From assembly GCA_030141605.1 (NCBI GenBank), contig JAQGDQ010002373.1, positions 343,921-407,920 on the forward strand: DNA of 64,000 nucleotides, in the 5' to 3' direction. Of this stretch, positions 1 through 11,600 are shown one piece after another. A program made the translations under genes and the position numbers. Each line of letters opens with the position of its first letter. The first letter of the stretch is position 1. The notes below the pieces were generated by a model. That model worked only from the letters and a program-made list of their open reading frames with translations, was not told the DNA's origin and searched no databases. The DNA is from Tubiluchus corallicola (taxonomy: Eukaryota > Animalia > Priapulida).

Positions 1-1443
1 TGCACACATTTTATTTTATAGACAACAGGCATTTTAATGCATAATAAACAAGTTGGCGATAAACAATTTGTGTCTGTGTGCTCTGACAGTTATTTTAATA
101 CAAGACAGTGGTAATCACTAATCAACAGATTTTAAAGATACAGTAACAAGTGTTTAACACTAAATGAAGATATCATTTACAATTTTAGTATTTAGAAATC
201 ATAATATTCTATGTTTTGATGAAGCCGCCTATCAAACAGTTGACAATGATATGGTTTTTATAAAGCACTAATATCACTAAATAACTGGAACGAATTTCTG
301 AGTAAAATTTGCTTAATCTGAAAATGAAAATCAGCACAATCCATTTCCAATGCTAAATTTCTCCTCTTCAATGCTACAATTCCATAACGCCCTTAACAAA
401 GTTTTTGTCAGTTATTGTTAAATTACAGACGTTTCTTCAAAATTTTAATCAAATTTTTTTAGCCACGATTTGGTTTTACAGAATAAAATGCAATATTTTG
501 GTGACAAGTTCTGATAAAGAAGACAGATTACTCCCCAATCTTACTTTTGGACTTGAGCATTTGATAAACATATCATTATTAAAGTTAATGACACAGTAAC
601 GAACTGCATTAATAACATCTTAGTTTGTCCGTGGGGGTCTTAGCATCACTGAAAAGAACAAGACATTGAACTAAATCACGGCTAAAATATAATGCTAATG
701 AACAATAAACTAAATAAAAATCACAACACAAAACTATGCAATTACCCGATTTGTATACAGTTTTGGCATAATTTTTTACAGGAATACTTTACCGGTGCGG
801 CCTTCCTTTATTTACCAATAAATTACGTACAAACAGATTCACCAAAATAACAATATAGTAAACATGTAACCGTCTCAATCACTTTTAGCTAGATAACGTA
901 ATGTCACGATTGTCTACGATCTAGCGGTACTGTAAATCAAGTTAGCTAAATAAGGTATTTACATAAAATTTGCCCTAACTTAGATGGTGCTAAGTCCACT
1001 ATGATATAAATGCTATCTTGATAAACTAGCTATCTATAAAATTACAGTTTAATGAAATGGAAAATATATTAGATTGGTAACAACAAACCTACCTACTCTG
1101 TAATCATGTTCTTTGTACATTTTAGTTATAATTTACAGCATATTCACGTTTCATTTTAGACGTTTATACAAAATTTTAGACCCTCTTTAATTTAAATACT
1201 TCAGACACAAAAGGGTCAGGCAATGTTTCGAATCTTACAAAATAAAATATTCAGACCATAATAAAATGCCAATTTCAAAAAAAAATGCCCAAGAAAAACA
1301 AATGCACAATATTATAATCAACATAATTATTAGTTCTCGTTATATTATCTCACAATAATAATAATAACAACAACAACAAATAACAACATTATTATTATTA
1401 ATTACTATTCACAATTTCTGTACAAAACGTACTAAAGCCAAAG
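1..1443 (-). other. Putative CBP 3' UTR with candidate poly(A) signals and a Pumilio element
   Basis: Minus-strand AATAAA at 807-812 and 10-15; TGTAAATA (Pumilio response element consensus) at 956-963. The true 3' end cannot be determined. Confidence 0.5.
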
Positions 1444-2646
1444 CTACAAGTGGTCCACTACAAACTGTGATAACTGATCCTGCATCGCAAGCGACGAATT
1501 GTCATATGCAGGTGGTACTCCTAGTTGCTCACTAGGGTTTTGTTGTGATTGAGGAAGAGGCACCGTTTCACCACCTATTTGTTGCTCCGCACCCATCAAA
1601 CCCGGATGAGGAGAATGTGTCGGTAAATGAGGTGACTGAGAGAGTTGTTGCCGTGGAGATGGTGTCATCATTGGTCGCTGGCGAGGTGATGCCACAGGGG
1701 GCGTGTGATTAGGAGGTGGCGAGCAAACTTGGTGCATCAGCTGCTGTGATGAAGGGCTTGGATGTGGCGGCTGTCCATGCGCTAATAAATGGGGATTTAC
1801 CGCTCGCTGATGCATCTGTCGCCCTCCTTGTGGATACGGAGGTGCTGGAGGCTGGTGAAATTGATGGGAAGCTGGCACTCTTTGACGGGGCATATTCATC
1901 ATCATATGCTGCTGTTGCTGCTGTTTTAACCACTGCTGATGTGCAAGTTGTTGCTGATTTTGTGCATCCAAAGTAGAACTACCTCGGAGATTTAACATTT
2001 GCCCCGGTTTACCTCCCATTTGATTTCCGTTCATGCTCGCACGTGTTCCAAGCGTCTGATGAGCATTCAACGACATCATATGTGGGTTGTTGTTACTCAT
2101 TAATTGTGATGGTTTATCGCTTGCACACATCATTGGTTTACATATCAAACTGTGCTGACTCGATGCAATGCTCATATGATTGCCACTTAGCATGGTTGGC
2201 ATGCTGCCCATCTGACCTGTGTTACAGCCAACAGTCATTGGATTTCCACCCATACTCATCTGATTCATGGCTACAGGTTTACCACCTGATGGGTTTCCAC
2301 CCATAGACATCGAATTCATGCTTACTGTTGGTGGCTGCCCGCACATCTGTGCCGAATGCCCGTCCGACAACTGACGCTGAAATTTTTGATAAAACTGCTG
2401 TTGTGTTTGCTGCGCAAGCTCTTGTTCTTTCTGTGCTGTTTTGCTCTTCTTGATGCACTGAGCCATTAGCTCAGGATTTGACTTTAAAATGCTCAGCACT
2501 TCTTCCTGCTGATTTGAAGACGGTGACTTTAGCGTTGTCAACAGTTGCTGTAATGCTTGTTGTGAACCTTGCATCTGATGCTGCTGCATATTCACTACAT
2601 CTTGATTATTAATCATGACAGGAGGCTGTCCCATTCGTTGTGGATG
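1444..2646 (-). CDS. CREBBP: CBP terminal exon: NCBD/IBiD and Q/M/P-rich C-terminus
   Basis: [36 protein letters not shown]; ends [11 protein letters not shown] (cf. CBP DTLEKFVEGL). The phase-0 acceptor ttgcag| at 2647-2648 is inferred. Confidence 0.9.
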   Translation of the reverse strand, partial: HPQRMGQPPVMINNQDVVNMQQHQMQGSQQALQQLLTTLKSPSSNQQEEVLSILKSNPELMAQCIKKSKTAQKEQELAQQTQQQFYQKFQRQLSDGHSAQMCGQPPTVSMNSMSMGGNPSGGKPVAMNQMSMGGNPMTVGCNTGQMGSMPTMLSGNHMSIASSQHSLICKPMMCASDKPSQLMSNNNPHMMSLNAHQTLGTRASMNGNQMGGKPGQMLNLRGSSTLDAQNQQQLAHQQWLKQQQQQHMMMNMPRQRVPASHQFHQPPAPPYPQGGRQMHQRAVNPHLLAHGQPPHPSPSSQQLMHQVCSPPPNHTPPVASPRQRPMMTPSPRQQLSQSPHLPTHSPHPGLMGAEQQIGGETVPLPQSQQNPSEQLGVPPAYDNSSLAMQDQLSQFVVDHL

Positions 2647-5600
2647 CTGCAAGTAATTATATGGTTCAGACACATCTTTTATTATGATGATAAAATGTTA
2701 TTTTCTTAAATGCATTAATTTAAAAAATATATAGTAACTATAATGTTTTCACCTGGGATGGAACACACAACTGCATGCCAGGAAGTTGGCCACGCAAAGG
2801 ACTAGACTGTTGCATGCCAGTCTGTTGATTAATAAAGCCCGGTTGTAGTGGACGCATCATTTCTTGTGACACTGGTACTGAAGCCGCAGGTCCATCAGCC
2901 ATGCTACCGCCTTTCCCATAACTGCCCATAGGAGAAATGTATTGTCTCGCTGCTTGTTGTCGAATCTAATGTTATAATAAACGTTATTATAATATTTATA
3001 ATATATTATAAATAAATTGATTTATTAGTCTTTTGCAGTATTATCTATCTTTATATAAGTTTCCATTGAACTTGTACCTACAGTTTATTGCTTAGTTGAT
3101 GACAATGAATTAGGTGAGTTTTCTCAGTGCTTCATAAAGGATTTCATTTGGAAATTTTAATCTTCAAAATTGTGTTATAAAATCACCAATTCTGGTAATA
3201 AAAACCAAATGTGCACAATACAAATAAAAAACACTAGATAATTATTTACATTAGTCTCATGAAATAGTTGATAAAATGTACCTGCTCGGCAGCATGAAGG
3301 GCACCAACTGGTGGTGTTCCAGGTTTGCCATTCATTTCTGGTTTCATTGCGGCACTGTTTTGGTAGTGCGGTGGTAGCGCATTAACAGGAGTGCGAGACG
3401 ACTGTGGCGTTGAAGGCTGCGGGGTGGAAGAAGCACTGTCGTTCGAATTATTACTGATCTGTCTTGTCATAATAGCCATCCGTCGACGCATCAGTTGCTC
3501 CTGAAGACAAAAATGTAAAAAAAATCACTCAAAGTATTAATAAAACCAACAATGTGGTAGCATTGTTACAAGTGAGTTAGTCATACACAAAGTTCAAATC
3601 TAATAAATGTAGCACAAAGCTGTGTTATATGCCAACAGTGATGGAATAAGGCGAATTTGTAAAGCATAGTACAATAGAAAAACATTTGAGTATAAGCAAT
3701 GCATACCAAATATCAAGGCATAAATTTTAAATCACACACTTTCTCAAATGTACACTAAAGTCGGAAGTTTTCAACATCAGTTACCAAAGACGATTATCAC
3801 AATTCTTGCTCTATTCTCATTTATTATATTTATTCATTCTAAACATATTGTGGAGTAGAATATAAGTTTTTGAGACACATTACTGCTATACTACAAAACT
3901 GTTCACTGCTGTGTAAATATATCACAAATATGAATAACGCTTTGCCTTTACTGTCAATTGTACATTTCATTATTTTCGTCATTAAAAATACTTTCTACCG
4001 CTATTTAATTTTAAGTACATTACCTGCTGCATTCTTTGCTGTTGCTGCTGTAGTCTTAATTTTATCTTGATATTAGGGCAGAAGAGCACAGGACATCTTT
4101 CTACTCTACATAATTTAGCATGATAATAACACAAGGCAATCAACTGTTTACATATATTACAAGCACCGGTAGCCTTCTTTTTACACGAATTAGTATGCGT
4201 CACAACTCGTCTCATCTTCTTGCAGCTAGTATTGCGACAGTTGGCGTCCCGACATTGACAAGCGTGCACCAGTGACTCAATACAACGCATGATTGATTGA
4301 TAGCGTGAGTCTTGACCATTGGCTTTGTCACCACTTGCATTCTGACCATCATCTAAATCCAGCCCAAGTCTTTCCATTTTGTGCTCATGTCCTGAAGTTC
4401 GGTAACACTGTACACACAAGTCAAAGTCCTGTAATAAACACACAATAACGCCTAAATTAAAAACGTATGTATAGATAAACATCCCCAATGTATGACACTC
4501 TAAATCACCCATGAATATTAAAAGTACGGATAACTGTCAGGTTTTAGTTGACTCAGTGAGTCAGACCACATTTGGTTCATTTGCAAACAGCCGAAAAAAT
4601 AATAAACACAAGAAAACAAACAATGTGCAGTGCAAACATTATTACCTCGCATACAACACAGTGGTAACGCGTTTCACATGACACTCGGCAGCTGTTACAT
4701 GTGTAAACAAAACGATCCTGCCCCTGAGTATGCAACTCGTACAACATTGCTATTGTTGAATATTTGGCACGGCGAAGAGACGAAAATTCTAGATGTTTCT
4801 CACGAGCAACGGTGAGAAAGGCATCACGACCATCCATCAGATCACACGAAATTAAAGGATCAGGGTCAACTATGGGGCTAGGATCCCAGTCTAATGGTTG
4901 CAACCGAATAACGAAGAACACCTATAAAGCGAGAAGAAATTTTGAATAATATAAAAAATTCTTGTGGCTGAATAATGTTTGGCACAAAAATTAGGTAGTT
5001 ATACATATTTAGTTTCAAAATCTAACTTCAAAAACAAATGCACACACAAAATTGATAAAGCTTCCAAAATTTTTTAAAACCAAATGTGAGATTTCCCATT
5101 TTCATGCATTTACATGTAGTGTTTTACCTCCTTATGTTTGAGCATTACACTGGAAACCTTCTGGGACAGGTCACATCCAACTGTGCTTAGACTCTTCTTA
5201 CTAGATTTCCTTTGACTGGATTTAGATTTACTTGACTTCTTCTTTGAGCCCTTGCCTTTCTTCTTGCCATTGGGATTCAGAGGCTAAAATTCAGAATACA
5301 TATTGAACACATGTTATATGTATCAGACAAGTTATATGCAAAATTTTCAATATGCAGAATTCGAACACAACTATATAGACACCAATATTTAAACTGACTG
5401 CCTTACCTCCATCATATCGATGCCATCATTTGATTCCCCATTGTTTTCCATCACCTGAGCAGCAGTGGCAGCAGCTTCCAGCGCTTCTGCCTCCTCGCGT
5501 CGCCGTTTCTCTTCCTCCTCCTGATCTAGCTCCTTAATGCTCTCTTCGAGCACATTGGGCCAGAAGTCACCCTCGAAGTAGGGCAAATCGGTGGCGGTGG

Positions 5601-8600
5601 TCATGTTGTTTTGTTGACAATCACTGTAGATATCCTATAAGTTATAAATGTATTTAGTGTGTCACTGGTATCATCAGTTTAAAAAATACATTTATAATGG
5701 TATTAACTGCAAGCGAAGTAACGGACGTTAATGTAATGATGGCTTTCAGTAACAACATAAGCGGCATTTAGATATACACATTCAAGTATTACTATCATCA
5801 TTAAGGTAATTACCATAAAATCAATTATGACTTGCTCTTCTTTGCATTTGTCTAACATCTTCTTATACCATTCTTGTAGACGTTTTGGTTTGGGAATCTT
5901 CTGCTCAGGTGGATGGCAATGAAAGATGTAATCATCGCCTTCGCTTGGTGGACATGCCCAAATGTGTGCCCATAGGTATCTGCCAAAGTTTGATACAAAT
6001 TCAGATTTTCATTCTCCAACCAATTAATCTATGTACGGATTTACCGAGAAAAATAAACAATATAACAAACATACCCGAGCTTCCGAACGAATTCAATGTA
6101 GCCAATTAAAATTTCATGGTACACGGCTGTTCTATATTCCCTTGGTCGGAAGAAATGCACACTGTCTAAATATGATATATAGACACGCCTATGAAAAATA
6201 AAAACTTAGTTAGGAGATGCAACTTCAATATATTGTCAGTACAAAATAAAAGTTGCAGTATACAGTGCACACAATATATTACACAATATGTTTCTTCACA
6301 TCGCTTAACAAAAATGTTCAAGTTTTTTTTACCGTGTGTTAGGCTGTGGAGCATCTGGCCCATACTCTTGTACGTGCATTCCGAAGAAACACACCTCGGT
6401 TCCATCAATCTCTTCAAAAGCAAAAAGAGCTTTTGCCCGATACGGAAATGAATCAGAAAAAAGGTTTTCATCAGTGTATCTGTAGCAAAATAATAAGGGA
6501 ATGTTAATAATACGAATTACTGCTTGCCAAAGCAATATTTTGCAACAGAAAATGACACATTGCAATTTTCAAACAATATAAAATTTTTTATCGTTCTCAT
6601 GTCAAAAATTGTTTAATACCAAGAAATACAAATTTGTTTTACACAGTGCTTTTTAAAGTTTTCCATTCATAAAGTGATCATATATTCAAGACACTAATGG
6701 AGCAATAATAATAATGTATTCATTCCTGGTAATCAACCTGTTAGTGCACTGAATGCATTTATTAAAATATGAAGAATTAAACACAATCATTGTAAAACTA
6801 CTTATAGTATTCTTCAACAAAGTAAAAAGTCAAACAAGCAAACAGGCTTCTCAAAAAGGAAATGCTGCATAACCTACTTTGCTTTCATCCCTGGTTTAAC
6901 TTCAACAACCTTGTCAGAACTGCAAACGACCCGAATGGTCACTTCGCTACCGACGCAGCCTTTGGCTTTCAGGAATTTGTTCACCCGATTCTCAATAAAT
7001 GTACCCAATTGAGTACTCTGCAGACCTATGCAAAAACAGAAGAGATAAATTGCTAACTGCTGAAACGGAAAGCAACTACAGGATAAGAGAAATTTGAATA
7101 TTTGTGATGCAACCGCATTTATCTATCAATAACTTCATAAAACAGACATAGGTATAAATGGGATCAATAAAAAGCATCTTGCTCTAAATAATGAAGTAAA
7201 ACCAAGCAACAAGAAGTTATGAAAAGTTTCTTATACACAAAGTTCCTACAAAAAGAATGTTTAATTAACTGGTGAACTTGAAAGCAGTCGTAGAAAATTA
7301 GCATTTAATTCACCATTTTATTAGATAGAAGTAATATTTCAAAAATAATTTCTATCGTGATATCATTATAAGTTATAGTTATTGTCATAACTATGTCATT
7401 ATGACATTAGTCGGTTCACCACAGAACTTACGTCTTGAATTAAACTTGTTCTCTTTCCGGGATCGTCCTGCTGCTTTCAAGCACAAGGAGCAGACAAATC
7501 TGGAAAATTCATTTAATTAGTAATTGTTTGATCAAAATGATCACAACTGTAAAACATGAATATCAAAGTATTTTTCAACCCACAAAAATATCTTCAACAA
7601 AGTGAAATTATAAATTTTAGTTGACTAAGACTACAAATACTTTTAGTTACTATACACTACTGCTAACTGAAAACAAAAATTGTGTACTCTTCTTGGAATT
7701 TAAGAATTCACTACTTTTAGTTATGAGATTTACCAGTGGAAACCTAGCCAGTACGAGAACAAAACAAAATAGATGAGTTACACACAGAAGTAACTTACCC
7801 CCCAGACCAGATCTGTGGAAAATGCAGGGAGCAGATTTGATGCAGCTTACGGCCACATTCCAAACAGTCAACGAACGCTTCCAATTCTAACTGATCATTC
7901 TTTTTCTCTTGAAATTCTGACTTAGTTATACATCTGTAAAGAGAAATGTGTTTAATATACATATTTTGTCAAAAGAAGGTCAGCTATTCGACAAAGTGCT
8001 TAATTATTTTATTTTAGTACGATTTCTGATTGTGTAATACAATTACGAAAGAGAAACTTTGCCTATTTCATTCAATCTGACAAACCTTTTTTGTTGAAAT
8101 GGAAATAATATATTCCAGGCTCCCAAGGCGAAATATTTTGAGAAACTCAGTTTAATATTTGTTTCCTACTTTCGATTCATTTCAACAGTTAGTTATCTTG
8201 TGAAAATAAAGAAATTTCAATTAGTAGACTTTCGCGATGAGTTAGCACAACATAGTATGTGGTGTTCGGACTGTCTGACCTGACTGCAAAACTTTATGAT
8301 GAGTCGACGATGGTATATGATAGAAACTAGCTTAACTATGGCTGACTGATTGTCAAAAACTAAAATTAGAACCTGTGAAACACTGTTTTGTCAGGTTATT
8401 AATTGCTAACTATTGTTAACTATCACCGGTGGCAAAGTTCTGGGATTGCTCCTAAAGAACAATCCTTTTAAAGCCTGTACAAAGAAAGGCATTTTTTTAC
8501 ATGCTATTACTGGATAACCTAGAAATTACCAATGATACAACAAATATGTTGAACCATTAATGGAACTGTATGTACATTTTGTAAGAACTTTGTATGCTGA

Positions 8601-11600
8601 CAGCATAAATTTTTACAATTAAAGGAAATGTAATAGCAATAACTCACGTTTGTGGTTGTGAAGGGTCATCGGTCAGTGTCACCGTTTCTCCAGGAAGCTC
8701 CAAAAAGCACCGCTGGCAGTACACATATCTGTCATAGAGAAGTCCCAATTTTCTTTGACTTTATTGTTACACGAGGGCAGCACAGTCATGACATGAGCCC
8801 GGCCAGGGACAAATTAATGGGAGCAAGCACAAAGCGTGCAAGCACATGAAACAAAGACAGACAAAACATATGCAAAGTTAGAAAGCTCCAGTAACTACAA
8901 AAGCAAGAAAAATTTAAAAACAATATAAAACACAAACTGGAAAAACAGAAAAGTAATACCCCATAAAGTATAATTGTGTATGTATTAAGAAAAACAAATG
9001 TTTTAGTATGCTCACACAAACAAATAAAAACAACTAGAACTAGAGCTACAAAACATTACATTTCCCTAGAGCAAATCACACGACTATGTATTTCGCTACT
9101 TTATAAAGAAATTGCATAATAGCATTTTGACACGTAAAGGTTGTGTTTCAGGGGAAATTTCCTTGCCTTTATTGTTTGTTGTTTGAAACAATATATACAA
9201 TATATAAAACCTCAGCTACAGCAAGAATTGTTTATACAGTGCTAATGCAAACACTCATAAATGAAAAAGGTGAAAATCTCATCTACAAAAATGCACCAAG
9301 CAGACATAGTGTTCTGATGTATACTATATTTACGACACATGCAGTACTTTTACAACTCACGGGCCAGCTTAGTAAAAAATTATGCTAAAAACAAGAACCA
9401 ATACAAAAAGGCAACTTATCAGGCACCTCATTCAACACAATTTGAATTACACCTCTCATTCACATACAATCGTCAATACGGTAGGAAATGGACCCTCAAT
9501 TCAAATTGCCCAGTTTAACAAAAAAATTTCTGAGAAACATGCAGTTTGTGAACTCACTGTTTACTATTTAATTTCACACAGATTTTTTTTGTCGGACAGC
9601 AAAAAGGAAAAACATTGGCAACTGTATTCTTGTTTGCATTTGCACAGAACTTGTAATATATATTATAAATTATTAGAAAGTAAGATTGTGAGTTGAAAAA
9701 TTCACTTTAAATTTTATTAGGTAGATATAAACTTTACTGACATGTTTTTAAATGACACATAATATTTACAAAACTAGTATTTCCATAAGTTCAAGTTAAT
9801 TCATTTTTTAATCACTGCAATATTATTGCTGCTTCCCTTAGGAAATAAAGATTGATAAGAAAACCTACCTACTCATCGTTTAGCTCGACACAACACTGAT
9901 TTAGCAATATCTTTTCCAATATTATTTGCATTGACAGAAATTTTCGGGAGGGAAAAATTTTAAAAATTGGTTGAACAGCAAAATGAAAAATTTCACTAGA
10001 GTTATTCATGAAATTCAATCAATCAATATTCAACATATGCAGATTAACAATCCAAATTCAGCAATACATGCACACCTTTTATTCCAATTCAAGTACAAAG
10101 CGAACATGCAGAGAGCGTAGTTAAGCAACTACTCAACAATGACCTCATGCACCAGAAAGAAGAGGAATTTTCACATGACAGCCGGGCAAATGACTGACTG
10201 GCTGACTGACTGACAAGTTGAATACACAAACTAAATATACTAGCTAGGCATAAATGTTCAATGAAAGAACTTTGAAGTTAATATAAAAGTGCTGAATTAC
10301 TACCAAGTTGGTACCTAGTGTGATGTTAGCAAAATACAAGCTTTTAAATAATTTTGTAAAGTATACCTGTTTAAATAACTGTAGTAAATAGCATCACGTG
10401 GTATAGTGCACAAATTCTTCCCATAGCAAAACAAAGATTGGGGTTGGAAGACCCATTTCCGGCCACAGCAAAATCCAAGACTCTGCATGACCGGATCTAT
10501 TTCTTGTTCAAATACTTCTGCTAACTGCAAAGCACAGTAAAAAATAATTAGGTTGCAATTCTTTATTTCAAGAGAAATGAATTAGCAATCAGCCAGAGGT
10601 AAATGCGTAAATCACACACTACATTTATCATGATTATTATCAGTTCCAAATAATGTCAATATTCTAGAGAAACTCAATACTCAAATACCTGCAAAATGTG
10701 CTTGAATCTTAATGGACATTTAGCAAGATTATTAGTAATAATTTTAATTAACAACAGTTATAGAGAAAGTCAATATCACGTAATTCAGACTTACCTTTGA
10801 GGAGAATTTGTAAACTCTGGTGTTTTTCTTATTATACACCCAAGCATTGTCAAACATCAACCAGACATCGTCTACATATTCCCATGGGTTCTTGTATTGA
10901 CCAGTGTCCAGTTTTTGTTTTATACACGAGAGATCCATTGGGTTTTTGATTATGTCGTAATAATCCTACAAAAAATAGTTAACTATATTTGCGGCACATT
11001 TCTGGAACAGATTACCGTCATCTACGCGGCAGCAAAACAATGGACTGTTTTAAGCAAAGACTAAAGACATACCTGTTTAGAATTTCATAAACACTGTAGT
11101 AACTATTTGTACTAGATTTGTCTCATCCTCGTTTTTATATTAGACATTTTAATACACACTTGCAACCAGAAGTAATCTAGGTAATTTCACTTAATTTTCA
11201 TTTCACCTGATTGCTATTATATAAAATATTTTTCAATCTAATTAAAAAATTTTTTGAGTGTGCTGCTAATCTATTACTGTTTTAGAATGTTTGGTTTTCT
11301 GTTTTTGACCTGTATTGATAGCATTTTACTAGTACAGTGGACTCTCGTTATAAGAATCACCTCGGGAGAAGGCAAAGTGATTCTTATAACGAGCATGACC
11401 CAGAAATGCTTTAAAATTTTTTTATGCACATAAAATTATTTATTTCCCGAAATTACGCTAGAAACGACATGAAACAGCATAATGTTTTTCTGGCCTAAAA
11501 AGGACCTAAAACTTCCTAGACTAATGTTTTTATTTAATGGTTGGGTAAATATTTCATGATGCCAGAATTGCCTTAAAATTTTTTTAATGCACATAATTTT

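Noticed and set aside
1709-2306. Overlapping or antisense ORFs (1709-1933, 1716-1976, 2043-2306)
   Set aside because: Shadow frames of the Q/P-rich CBP terminal exon with no independent gene features.
2647-2677. Alternative start or acceptor for the last CBP exon at aataaaag|AT (2675)
   Set aside because: It is phase 1, whereas the upstream donor (2753) is phase 0; the acceptor at 2647-2648 fits.
8785-10190. Long-range RNA pairing between GCCGGGC (10181-10187) and GCCCGGC (8797-8803)
   Set aside because: Complementarity is only 7 bp and does not extend; too weak to claim without conservation data.
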